64,000 nt of DNA, taken from Candidatus Bathyarchaeia archaeon (GTDB lineage Archaea; Thermoproteota; Bathyarchaeia; 40CM-2-53-6). Every line of letters starts with the position of its first letter. Within the stretch, counting starts at the first letter, position 1. A model generated the notes under the pieces. The model had not been told where the DNA came from. It did not search any database and saw only the letters and a list, made by a program, of their open reading frames with translations. Both the position numbers and the translations under genes were made by a program. Shown here piece by piece: positions 28,555 through 37,154 of the stretch. The stretch lies in contig JBEKFP010000001.1 in assembly GCA_050013255.1 (NCBI GenBank), forward strand, positions 1,120,001 through 1,184,000, in the 5' to 3' direction.

Positions 28555-31445
28555 TAATCATGCCTGTTGACTGGCTAGCGTTGGACAAGAAATGGCGGGA
28601 AGAATGGGCTAAGGCCAAAATTTTCGAGGCCGACCCCGACCCGAAGCGGCCGAAATGTTTCGTCACATTTCCCTTCGCATACATGAGCGGGCCCTTGCAC
28701 GTCGGGAGCGGCTTCACAGCCGCTAGAATCGACGTGTACGCGCGCTACAAACGGATGTGTGGGCTCAACGTCCTCTACCCGTGGGCTTGGCATTGGACTG
28801 GCAAGCCGCTTGCCGGCGCGGCTGAGCGCATCAAAATGGGAGACGAAGAATTCATTCGACCGATCAGGGAGGTAGACGAGGTCCCAGAGGAACATCTGAA
28901 GAAGTTTGTTGACCCCGCGTATATGGCGAAGTATTACACTGACGTCAATCGTGACGCGATAAAGCGTTTGGGGATATCGGTAGATTGGCGAAGAGACTTT
29001 CACACAAGTTCTCTGGACGAGGCTTTCAGCAAATTTGTTGTTTGGCAATACCTGCGCCTTCGAGACAAGGGGTATGTCATCAAAGGTACACACCCTGTAG
29101 TCTGGTGCCCGAAAGACGAAAGCCCAACGGGCGATCACGATAGACTGGAGGGCGAAGGAGTCAGACCGGAAGAATTCATTCTAATGAAGTTCAAGATGGG
29201 AGAAATCTTCTTGCCCTGCGCAACTTTCAGGCCCGAGACAATCTACGGCGTCACTAATCTCTGGGTCAACCCTCACGGTGAGTACGTCGAGGCCGACGTG
29301 AACGGAGAACATTGGATCATAAGCAGACCCGCATCAGAAAAATTCCGCAACCAGCTGAAAAATGTCACCGTTATCAGGAACCTGAAGGGCGCTGAACTTG
29401 TGGGCAAGAAATGCTTTGACCCCATTCAGAACAGAGAGCTATTGATCTTACCTGGAACATTCGTGAACACAAATAACGCGTCCGGCTTGGTGTACAGCGT
29501 TCCCGCACACGCCCCGTTCGACTGGCTTGCATTAAGAGACATTCAGAAGAATCCGGCGACCGTGGAGGGCTTCGCCGTTAAGCCTGATGAAGTTTCAGCG
29601 ATTCAACCCATCTCAATAATATCGGTCGAAGGCTACGGTGAATTCCCAGCAATAGAGATCGTTGACCGCATGAGAATTCGTGACCAAAACGACCCGTTAG
29701 CTGAAGAAGCGACGAAGGAAATTTACAAGGCAGAATTTCACAGCGGTTTTCTCAAAGATGGTTGTGGCCCCTACTCCAAGCAGAAGGTTGCGAACGTCAA
29801 GCAATCTCTTGTGGCTGAATTCAGAAGAAAGGGAATCGCGGACGTAATGTACGAGCTGCCGCAGCGCGTTGTTTGCCGATGCACAACTGAATGTGTAGCA
29901 AAAATCCTGGCGGACCAATGGTTCCTGAAGTACTCTGACCCAGAATGGAAAGAACGGACACACGGGGCAATTTCCAAGATGGCATTTTATCCAGAGGAGG
30001 CTAGACCATGGATCAACAGCATTATCGATTGGCTGCAAGACTGGCCTTGCGCGCGAAAAAGAGGACTAGGCACACCTCTTCCCTGGAGTCCGGACTGGAT
30101 CGTAGAGACGCTTAGCGACTCAACGATTTACATGGCGTACTACATGGTGAGCAAATTTGTCAATGCAGGGGACATCAAAGCCGAGCAGCTCATCCCTGAG
30201 GTTTTCGATTTCGTATTCTACGGGGCGGGGAAGCCTGAAGAACTGAGCAAGCAAACCGGTGCAGACCGAAGAGTCTTGGAGAAGATACGAGAAGAGTTTC
30301 TGTACTGGTACCCAGTCGATTTACGCAACTCAGGCAAGGACTTGGTGGGCAATCACCTTAGTTTCTTCGTTTTCCAACACGTTGCCCTCTTCGAACAGCG
30401 CTTTTGGCCTCGCGCGATTGGTGTAAACGGTTTCATGCTTGCGGAAGGCCGCCCGATGCACAAGTCCCAGGGTAACTTCATTCCGATTTGGAAGGCCTGC
30501 GACGAATATGGAGCGGATGCAGTACGCTGCACCGCCCTATTGGCCGCCGAAGGGATGGACGACCCAGATTGGCGTTCCGAAAACGTTCGTGATGTCAGGG
30601 GTAGGCTGGAAGCCTTCCTGAGTCTAACTGAAGAAATCGCCGCGAGGCCTGACCAGCGGACTTCAAATGGCCATCTGGAAAACTGGCTAATGGGCCGAAT
30701 CAACTCTAAGGTTAGGGCGGTTTCTGAAGCTATCGAGAAAATGAAGACTCGCACGGCGTTGGCCGCCGCCCTGTATGACGTGTGGAACGACCTGCGGTGG
30801 TACGAGCGACGCGCTGCTAGACCTGATTCGCCCACGGTCAAAGGTTTCATCTCAATTTGGATTCGATTGATGGCACCTTTCTCACCCCATCTAGCTGAGG
30901 AAGCCTGGCGAAGAGTTGACCAACGCGGCTTCGTGTCAACTTCAGAATGGCCGGAATTCAAGGAACTAATGGTTGATGAGAAATCTAATGAATTGGAGGT
31001 GCTCGTGAGGCAGACGCTCGATGACACTCAAGAAATTATAGCTACTACAAAGATCGCGCCAAAGAGAGTGCACTATTACACCGCCGCCAAGTGGAAGTGG
31101 CGAGTCTACGGCGAAGCCTTGACTAGAGCTAACTCGCAACCTGAAACGCTGAACGGGCTAATCAGAGACATGCTCGCTGCAAAAGCATCTTCAGCGAAAG
31201 ACCTACCGAAATTTGCTGTGAAGATAATCCAGCAAGCAAGAACAATGCCCGCCGAATTGCGCGAACGAAGACTGAAGATAGGAGAGATTGACGAAAGGAA
31301 AGCGTTTGATGAAGCGCGGGACTTTTTCGCTAGGGAATTGAAGGTTGAGGTTCAGGTCCACGGCGAAGACGAGGAAGGGATGTATGATCCGAAAGGCCGC
31401 GCGAAATTAGCTGAACCATACAGGCCTGCAATCTTCGTCGAGTAG
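28551..31445 (+). CDS. leuS: Leucine--tRNA ligase (archaeal type) with variant signature motifs
   Basis: DHDR.EGE, TFRPET, VPAHAPFD and LSDSTIY; HIGH reads HVGS and KMSKS reads PMHKS. Confidence 0.93.
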   Translation: MIIMPVDWLALDKKWREEWAKAKIFEADPDPKRPKCFVTFPFAYMSGPLHVGSGFTAARIDVYARYKRMCGLNVLYPWAWHWTGKPLAGAAERIKMGDEEFIRPIREVDEVPEEHLKKFVDPAYMAKYYTDVNRDAIKRLGISVDWRRDFHTSSLDEAFSKFVVWQYLRLRDKGYVIKGTHPVVWCPKDESPTGDHDRLEGEGVRPEEFILMKFKMGEIFLPCATFRPETIYGVTNLWVNPHGEYVEADVNGEHWIISRPASEKFRNQLKNVTVIRNLKGAELVGKKCFDPIQNRELLILPGTFVNTNNASGLVYSVPAHAPFDWLALRDIQKNPATVEGFAVKPDEVSAIQPISIISVEGYGEFPAIEIVDRMRIRDQNDPLAEEATKEIYKAEFHSGFLKDGCGPYSKQKVANVKQSLVAEFRRKGIADVMYELPQRVVCRCTTECVAKILADQWFLKYSDPEWKERTHGAISKMAFYPEEARPWINSIIDWLQDWPCARKRGLGTPLPWSPDWIVETLSDSTIYMAYYMVSKFVNAGDIKAEQLIPEVFDFVFYGAGKPEELSKQTGADRRVLEKIREEFLYWYPVDLRNSGKDLVGNHLSFFVFQHVALFEQRFWPRAIGVNGFMLAEGRPMHKSQGNFIPIWKACDEYGADAVRCTALLAAEGMDDPDWRSENVRDVRGRLEAFLSLTEEIAARPDQRTSNGHLENWLMGRINSKVRAVSEAIEKMKTRTALAAALYDVWNDLRWYERRAARPDSPTVKGFISIWIRLMAPFSPHLAEEAWRRVDQRGFVSTSEWPEFKELMVDEKSNELEVLVRQTLDDTQEIIATTKIAPKRVHYYTAAKWKWRVYGEALTRANSQPETLNGLIRDMLAAKASSAKDLPKFAVKIIQQARTMPAELRERRLKIGEIDERKAFDEARDFFARELKVEVQVHGEDEEGMYDPKGRAKLAEPYRPAIFVE

Positions 31446-31490
31446 TGGGCACTGCAAGCTTTAAGCTAGAAGAGCTTGTAGTCCGAGTTC

Positions 31491-31613
31491 GGGCTCGTAG
31501 CTCAGTCTGGATAGTGCTTGCAGGTTGAGCATCTAAAGCACAGGCCCTCTAAACGCTTTGTAAAAAGCGGGGGACGCCTGGGGTCCGGGGTTCGAATCCC
31601 CGCGGGCCCGCCA
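31491..31613 (+). tRNA. tRNA-Arg(TCT) with two introns: 31515-31536 (22/23) and 31553-31575 (38/39)
   Basis: BHB motifs GGAT/ATCT and CTCT/GGGG; spliced arm CAGGC-CCTCTAA-GCCTG; TTCGAAT T-loop; GCCA end. Confidence 0.9.
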
Positions 31614-31714
31614 CACCATCGGTTCCAGACCAACGTCTGGCAAATACCGGAAAAGCCGTTTCTAAGATTAACGTCAATTACGGATGAAAGCGCGCGTGCA
31701 CCGTAATTACAGGA

Positions 31715-31754
31715 GTTCAATTCTGATTGCCCGCACCATTAGACCCACACACAC
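31715..31754 (+). repeat. Site A (tRNA-end type, forward)
   Basis: GTTCAATT-CTGAT-TGCCCGC-ACCA-TTA-GACCCACACACAC. Confidence 0.9.
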
Positions 31755-31810
31755 TGTAATAGATTTGTGTAAATCTATCCCACTTAGTCTTCTTCTGGTG
31801 GAATTGCGCG

Positions 31811-32665
31811 ATGGAACGCCATCCCGACAATACCGCGTTTCGTGCCGCAATATTGCGCGCTGTCCACCAGCTCATCGATGAAGAACCAAAGATTCTCAAC
31901 GACCCTATCGTGCTTCGACTTCTCGACGCACCGACCCTTGACTATGTTCGCTTGAACCCGGATAAGTTCCGGACAGCTAGGATGAACGCGTTACGCTCGC
32001 ATGTAGTAGTGCGCAGCCGGTACACGGAGGACCGCTTGGCCGACGCGGTAGAGAATGGTGTTCAGCAATACCTGATATTGGGCGCTGGCCTCGACACGTT
32101 CCCATATCGACAACCTCATTGGGCGAGAGTATTGCGGATTTTCGAAGTAGATCAATCAACGAGCCAGTGTTCGAAGCGCGAACGGTTGGCCATGGCTGGG
32201 ATTGAGGTTCCGTCGAATGTCGAGCTAATCGCTTGTGATTTCGAGACCATTTCTCTCCGTGATTGTTTGCGCAGAAGCAGCTTCGATTTTGGGAAACCCG
32301 CGTTTCTTTCATGGCTCGGTGTGACGATGTATCTAAGCACGGACGCGATTGATGCAGTATTCAGGTTTGCAAGTTCGCTGCCAAAATCGAGTGAGATTGT
32401 CTTCACGTTTGCATCTCCGGCGTCTACAGTGAAGGAAATCGGACGTGAACCCTTGCTTGCCGCATTCACGGCATTCGCTGCAGCACACGGAGAACCATGG
32501 CGTACCTTTTTCGAGCCAGACGACTTGGCCCACAAATTGCAAGAGTTAGGTTTTTCGACCGTATCATTTCTTTCGGCTTCGGACGCTGATACACTATATT
32601 TCCGAGGTCGTCACGACGGTCTCAAGATACGGCAAAGAGTCGGAATTGTAACCGCTACGGTCTAA
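31811..32665 (+). CDS. SAM-dependent methyltransferase (leucine carboxyl methyltransferase-like)
   Basis: TA..AA..RA.H, R.RY.ED, ILGAGLDT, FEVD and WLGV.MYL. Confidence 0.9.
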   Translation: MERHPDNTAFRAAILRAVHQLIDEEPKILNDPIVLRLLDAPTLDYVRLNPDKFRTARMNALRSHVVVRSRYTEDRLADAVENGVQQYLILGAGLDTFPYRQPHWARVLRIFEVDQSTSQCSKRERLAMAGIEVPSNVELIACDFETISLRDCLRRSSFDFGKPAFLSWLGVTMYLSTDAIDAVFRFASSLPKSSEIVFTFASPASTVKEIGREPLLAAFTAFAAAHGEPWRTFFEPDDLAHKLQELGFSTVSFLSASDADTLYFRGRHDGLKIRQRVGIVTATV

Positions 32666-32683
32666 ACCTATCCACTCTCAGGA

Positions 32684-32766
32684 TGCGTGTGGCTCTAGCG
32701 GTGCGGACGACCAGAATTGAACCGTCGTTTTAGTGCGTGTGTGCGTACCACTAGACCCGCACGCAC
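32684..32766. repeat. Composite site B: reverse tRNA-end type (32684-32727) plus forward symmetric type (32735-32766)
   Basis: Reverse complement of B1 matches site A at 32/40; B2 is GCGTGTGTGCGTA-CCACTA-GACCCGCACGCAC. Confidence 0.85.
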
Positions 32767-32924
32767 AAATTTCTGGCAATTTGGTTCAGGGCTGATGCTT
32801 TATCGAGCTAAGGTCTCTTCTCAACCGGTTTAGTAATACCGGAGACTTCCGGGTCTATACAAAATAGAATCTATGAAGAATTAACGTATAATGATTCGGC
32901 GTGTTCCTAGCCGAACGATGAGCG

Positions 32925-33176
32925 ATGGGTTTCGATCCCACAACCGTAATGAACTTCGTCCTAACTATCATAATATTCGTCTTGGGCGTTGCGCTGTATG
33001 GCAGGAAGAAGAACGTCATGACTCTCTACATCGGCATAGCTTTCGGCCTTTTCGCTATCTCTCACCTGGCAACCTTGCTTGACCTTGCTGCCACTCTAAC
33101 AGTTCCGCTCATAGCAGTCCGGGCAATTGCGTACATTGTAGTCATCATTGCATTGCTCACGTTTTGGAAGAAGTGA
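32925..33176 (+). CDS. Small three-TM membrane protein
   Basis: Hydrophobic 83-aa ORF with FGLFAISH. Confidence 0.75.
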   Translation: MGFDPTTVMNFVLTIIIFVLGVALYGRKKNVMTLYIGIAFGLFAISHLATLLDLAATLTVPLIAVRAIAYIVVIIALLTFWKK

Positions 33177-33193
33177 AACTGGAAAGACTCTCG

Positions 33194-33267
33194 CTTTAGT
33201 GGTTCACCCACACAAAACGGTACGAACAACGATTCAAGTTACGTGGCTCGCACCATTAAACCGACAC
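33194..33267. repeat. Composite site C: degenerate reverse symmetric type (33194-33213) plus forward tRNA-end type (33231-33267)
   Basis: CTTTAGTGGTTCACCCACAC ... GATTCAAGT-TACGT-GGCTCGC-ACCA-TTA-AACCGACAC. Confidence 0.7.
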
Positions 33268-33331
33268 CTATGAAAAGTCTGTAGACTATGCTTTCGTCTC
33301 CGCGGATGGTCTTCTGCGTGGCGTTCAAGTG

Positions 33332-33363
33332 GTGTGTGTGCGCACCAGTAGACCCACACACAC
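33332..33363 (+). repeat. Site D (symmetric consensus site)
   Basis: GTGTGTGTGCGCA-CCAGTA-GACCCACACACAC. Confidence 0.92.
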
Positions 33364-33476
33364 AAACCGGCGTCGTTCATGTAATTTTGTGTGTATACAA
33401 ATTCCAAATTCCAACAGAACCGTAAAGTAAATTTGTGTGCGATCGTGATGCACTTTCGGAGTTGTGTGTTCGAGCA

Positions 33477-34115
33477 ATGGGGAATGAAGTACTGGATGCC
33501 ATTATGCAGCGACGCAGTATCTATCAGTTCAAGCCTGAGGCAGTCCCTACTGAGAAGATTACTTCCATTTTGGAGGCGGGTCGTTGGGCTCCGTCATATG
33601 CGAATAGTCAGCCATGGGAATTCATCACCGTAACTGATAGCAAATTGAAGCAGGAGGTTGTCGAGATAGCTAAGGAAACTATGGCTGCGCATGCAGGAAT
33701 AGAAGGAGCGCACACAATCATCGCAACATGTGTGGATCCCGAGAAAGATCAATATCACTTCATTGAAGACGGTGCTGTAGCAACACAGAACATGGCTCTG
33801 GCAGCACATAGCCTGGGGTTAGCGACCTATTGGGTCGGGATATTTAGTCTTATGAACGATAGGAAATCAGTCGAGCATAGAATCAAGGAGGTTCTGAACA
33901 TACCTGAAAAAATCCGCGTGATTTCTTTGTTGCCCATAGGTGTGCCTGCGTATAGTGTAGAGAAGCAAAGAAAGCGGTTGGAGGAGATTTGCCACGTTGA
34001 CAAGTATGGCAGCAGACAATCAGGTGTGGGAGTAGAGGATCAGGACAAGAAGACCGAGATAGAAGCACAGAGGCATGGCATGAGAGCGCATTTGCCCCGC
34101 GTCGCACCAACTTGA
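33477..34115 (+). CDS. Nitroreductase family protein
   Basis: RRSIY.F, APS..N.QPWEF and NM.LAA.SLGL. Confidence 0.9.
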   Translation: MGNEVLDAIMQRRSIYQFKPEAVPTEKITSILEAGRWAPSYANSQPWEFITVTDSKLKQEVVEIAKETMAAHAGIEGAHTIIATCVDPEKDQYHFIEDGAVATQNMALAAHSLGLATYWVGIFSLMNDRKSVEHRIKEVLNIPEKIRVISLLPIGVPAYSVEKQRKRLEEICHVDKYGSRQSGVGVEDQDKKTEIEAQRHGMRAHLPRVAPT

Positions 34116-34137
34116 TTGATTGGATCATGAGCCAACG

Positions 34138-34163
34138 TCAGGAGTGGCGGGCACACACACAAA
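34138..34163 (-). repeat. Site E (degenerate reverse symmetric type)
   Basis: AGTGGCGGGCACACACAC resembles the reverse consensus ANTGGTGCGCACACACAC. Confidence 0.6.
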
Positions 34164-34778
34164 TCAGCGTTTTCGCGCTACAACGGAAAATACGTGCCAA
34201 TGCTTCCTTCGTTCATGAAGTGCTGGCCTGTCATCTTTCTCCTGTTCGAGAAAGAATTCGATCTCAAATGGACGCAGTAGTGCCTTAACTTGCTTAGCGG
34301 TATGAAATGTCCCATTTGAACTGCGAGCCCAATCATCGTGAACGCCGAAGAAATGGCCTGAAAGCCTTCCTCCAGTACGAATCGAGGTTACGATCTTTCG
34401 CCAGAAAGAATGGAACCGTTTCGGTGAGCAAAACGGTAGGCTGTAACTTGCATTTACAAGATCACATCTGGGTAAGGATGATCTCTCGAATGAAGTCACA
34501 CGGGTTCTTAGTTGCTCTCTATGCGTTGGGGATACGTTAGATCGGATCCATCTAATCGCTCCAGCCTCACTGTCTACAGCCAGCACTTTCCAGCCTCGTC
34601 GCAGCAACTCTGACGTATCCCGACCACCTCCACATCCCAAATCAATCGCAAAACGCATCTTCTTTCGTGACGGTTCAGCGTCAAACGAAGAAAGTGCTTT
34701 TTGCAGGGTTTCGTAAGGAGGACGCTTTGAAGTCGCTTTGTAATAATCAAGCCAACGTGGTTCTCTGCGTTTGGACAT
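34164..34778 (-). CDS. Class I SAM-dependent methyltransferase (TehB-like)
   Basis: AIDLGCGGGRD, SLPFC and KHWHVFSVVARK; start trimmed to MSKRR. Confidence 0.88.
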   Translation of the reverse strand: MSKRREPRWLDYYKATSKRPPYETLQKALSSFDAEPSRKKMRFAIDLGCGGGRDTSELLRRGWKVLAVDSEAGAIRWIRSNVSPTHREQLRTRVTSFERSSLPRCDLVNASYSLPFCSPKRFHSFWRKIVTSIRTGGRLSGHFFGVHDDWARSSNGTFHTAKQVKALLRPFEIEFFLEQEKDDRPALHERRKHWHVFSVVARKR

Positions 34779-34966
34779 AGAAGCAAAGTACAGCGGTTCT
34801 CGCTGATAACTATCGCCTAGATCCTCAGCTCTACAGTTGTAGAAGATACTTCCACTAACAGGTGGGGATCGTAAGCTGACTCTCGGTAGTAGTCGTAACG
34901 ACACTAGTCAACGACGCCTCCCATCCCCTATTTCATCGGTTCTTCTCCTTTCGGAAATTAGACAGC

Positions 34967-35191
34967 GTGCTTAAAACGCAACACGCTGACGCAATGATTA
35001 TGGTTCTAACCAGTTACGAGTGGGTTGCCGTTCTCATAATCATCGTGGTTATTGCTCTGGCGTATTTGTTCTGGCGCTCCTTTTCGCGCAGAATGGAAGG
35101 TACACAAAGACCACAGACGACCACTGGTGCAGGATGGAACAGTCGCATACGGAGTAATCAGACGCAAGACATCAAATCGAAAATCAGCTGA
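34967..35191 (+). CDS. Small single-TM protein
   Basis: One TM followed by a basic tail. Confidence 0.4.
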   Translation: MLKTQHADAMIMVLTSYEWVAVLIIIVVIALAYLFWRSFSRRMEGTQRPQTTTGAGWNSRIRSNQTQDIKSKIS

Positions 35192-35271
35192 CACATAGAT
35201 GCAAAGTTGACGACTGATAGCAGCTTTCACGGCAACCTGAAACAATGATTCACCTGTTTATGCGATTCTAG

Positions 35272-35583
35272 TTGGCCCAAGTACTTTATACCAACCAGCC
35301 CAATGAGGCTGTGATTGTGATGACGACAGGTTTTCATGAGTTCGACAACAGAATCCATGACTTGGCTGAACGGGAAAATGAGTGTGACGGCCTGTTCGAA
35401 GAAATTAAGAATGGCAACGGCGACAAATCACTGCGCTATCTTGCACTGAGAGATTCCTGCAAAGAGTTGAGAAACAAAATTTTCAGGAGCGCTAGGTCAG
35501 CGGGACTAACGCGGGAAAGAATCAAGACGGAGATCAAGGAAGCAAGAAACCAGACGACCGCCACTAACGCGAAACACACTTAG
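35272..35583 (+). CDS. Hypothetical helical protein
   Basis: 103-aa ORF with protein-like composition; start may be at MTTG. Confidence 0.5.
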   Translation: MAQVLYTNQPNEAVIVMTTGFHEFDNRIHDLAERENECDGLFEEIKNGNGDKSLRYLALRDSCKELRNKIFRSARSAGLTRERIKTEIKEARNQTTATNAKHT

Positions 35584-35668
35584 GAAGAATCGATAGAATC
35601 ACCCAGATTTTTTGCGGAACTGGTTCAAGAGCTGAAATAGGCCCCCGGTCGTCAGTCGGTCACTTCAT

Positions 35669-35700
35669 GTGTGTGTGCGCACGACCAGACGCACACAAAC
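35669..35700 (+). repeat. Site F (symmetric type, forward)
   Basis: GTGTGTGTGCGCA-CGACCA-GACGCACACAAAC. Confidence 0.85.
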
Positions 35701-35741
35701 TTTCTGTCAGTCGAACCAACTACGGCATACACGCGATAATA

Positions 35742-36185
35742 TCATTCGACGGTGAAGAGTTCGTGGTCAGGCATTCGATGAAGGGCAAGTGCGATTTCTT
35801 GAACCTCGCGTTGAGGCGAACTTGCGGAGACTCGAGAGAGTAGGGCGGCGGTTTTCTCGGTGGGGCCAATTAGGATGACGCGGTTGCCCTTTCGAAATCT
35901 TACTTTGATGCGTTGAGACTCTTTTACTATGATATTTCCCTTGCCTAAAGTGCAGCCACTGGATACCTGAATACCATCTAGCATGCAGGATTCCGGTGGC
36001 GATTTCCTGGTCCAAACTGTCGCAGATAACTCATGAAGTCGCTTAGGCTTCAACCTTTGAATGGCTATCACGCCCATCCGAAGACCAAATACTAGGTACG
36101 GACCTAGGTGACCATGAAAATCCACGCCCTCCTTCAGCAGACGCTGGCGGCCTGAGGCTCGTTTCTTTGTCACGGTGGTGCCCAC
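35742..36185 (-). CDS. FmdE/FwdE family protein
   Basis: FHGHLGP...G.RMG; C..DGIQ..SGCT.GKGN. Confidence 0.9.
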   Translation of the reverse strand: MGTTVTKKRASGRQRLLKEGVDFHGHLGPYLVFGLRMGVIAIQRLKPKRLHELSATVWTRKSPPESCMLDGIQVSSGCTLGKGNIIVKESQRIKVRFRKGNRVILIGPTEKTAALLSRVSASSPQREVQEIALALHRMPDHELFTVE

Positions 36186-36661
36186 TTGCGCAAGAGAAGA
36201 TCCCCAAGATGAAAACGCCTAGTGAGAATATCAACAACAGCAGCGCAAATCACATTCTCAACAGTCAAGAGAGCCAGAATAGTCTGCACAGCCACAGCTG
36301 GAACATGAAGAACTAATGTATCAACGAGATAAATCCACGGAGCCTGAATCAAGACCCACGCAACCAAACCTGCCAATACGGGTCGGAGCTTGCGGGAAAA
36401 GACCGCAATGAACAACCCCAAGAGCCCGTTTCCGACCACGATCGTCGGGTCTGACCTAATCATAGCCACATATGACCCTCCAACTAAGCCCGTGATGAGT
36501 CCGGATAGAGGACCACCCGCAACTCCAGCCAACATTATGCCTGTTTGAAAAAAGTGGATTCCCGTTCCGAACAGGAATGGTACCATTAAAAGACTAAGCA
36601 CAACTGTCACCGCACTAATCCCAGCCGTGAACGCCACAAGCCTGCTGTTCATCGATTGCAA
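36170..36661 (-). CDS. ECF transporter S-component-like membrane protein
   Basis: Multi-TM with G...GP..G.I.G..GG pattern. Confidence 0.75.
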   Translation of the reverse strand: MQSMNSRLVAFTAGISAVTVVLSLLMVPFLFGTGIHFFQTGIMLAGVAGGPLSGLITGLVGGSYVAMIRSDPTIVVGNGLLGLFIAVFSRKLRPVLAGLVAWVLIQAPWIYLVDTLVLHVPAVAVQTILALLTVENVICAAVVDILTRRFHLGDLLLRKWAPP

Positions 36662-36662
36662 A

Positions 36663-36690
36663 GTATTACCGTTTCACCGAATCGTAATAA
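36663..36690. promoter_or_regulatory. Putative NikR operator
   Basis: GTATTA-N16-TAATAA inverted repeat between divergent nikR and ECF-S genes; same N16 spacing as the E. coli NikR operator. Confidence 0.6.
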
Positions 36691-36739
36691 TGATATTAAA
36701 AAGTACTGACCAATTCCAAGATGTTGGAGATAACCCGCC

Positions 36740-37147
36740 TTGGTTAGGGTAGAAAGGATTAGTTTCTCAACGCCGCCGGCACTACTAGAGCAATTTGACG
36801 ATTCCCTCAGAACACTCGGGTACAAGGATCGGTCGACGGCCCTGCAGATCGCAATGAGGAACTTCATCACAGAATACTCTTGGAGAAAGGAAGCAGGAAC
36901 ACCCGGAGCAGGAACGATCTTGCTGACTTACAACCATGAATCACATGGTCTTCAAGAAGCCTTGACGGACATCCAACATCAATTCCGCGACATCGTGAAC
37001 TCAACTACTCACATTCATCTTGACGAAACTCGGTGTCTGGAGATAATATCCGTCAAGGGGAGAATGGAGCGCATTCAAGCATTGGCAAAGAACATCATGA
37101 AGACACGTGGGGTAACGCAGCTCAGGCTATCAACCGTTGCTGTCTAG
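36740..37147 (+). CDS. nikR: Nickel-responsive regulator NikR
   Basis: RISFS RHH, GY.DRS, YNH, QH and HIHL...CLE. Confidence 0.92.
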   Translation: MVRVERISFSTPPALLEQFDDSLRTLGYKDRSTALQIAMRNFITEYSWRKEAGTPGAGTILLTYNHESHGLQEALTDIQHQFRDIVNSTTHIHLDETRCLEIISVKGRMERIQALAKNIMKTRGVTQLRLSTVAV

Positions 37148-37154
37148 AGAGTAA

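Noticed and set aside
33332-33363. Simple (GT)n/(CA)n microsatellite
   Set aside because: The dinucleotide runs are fixed-length arms around conserved non-repetitive cores (CGCA, TAGACC) with constant spacing.
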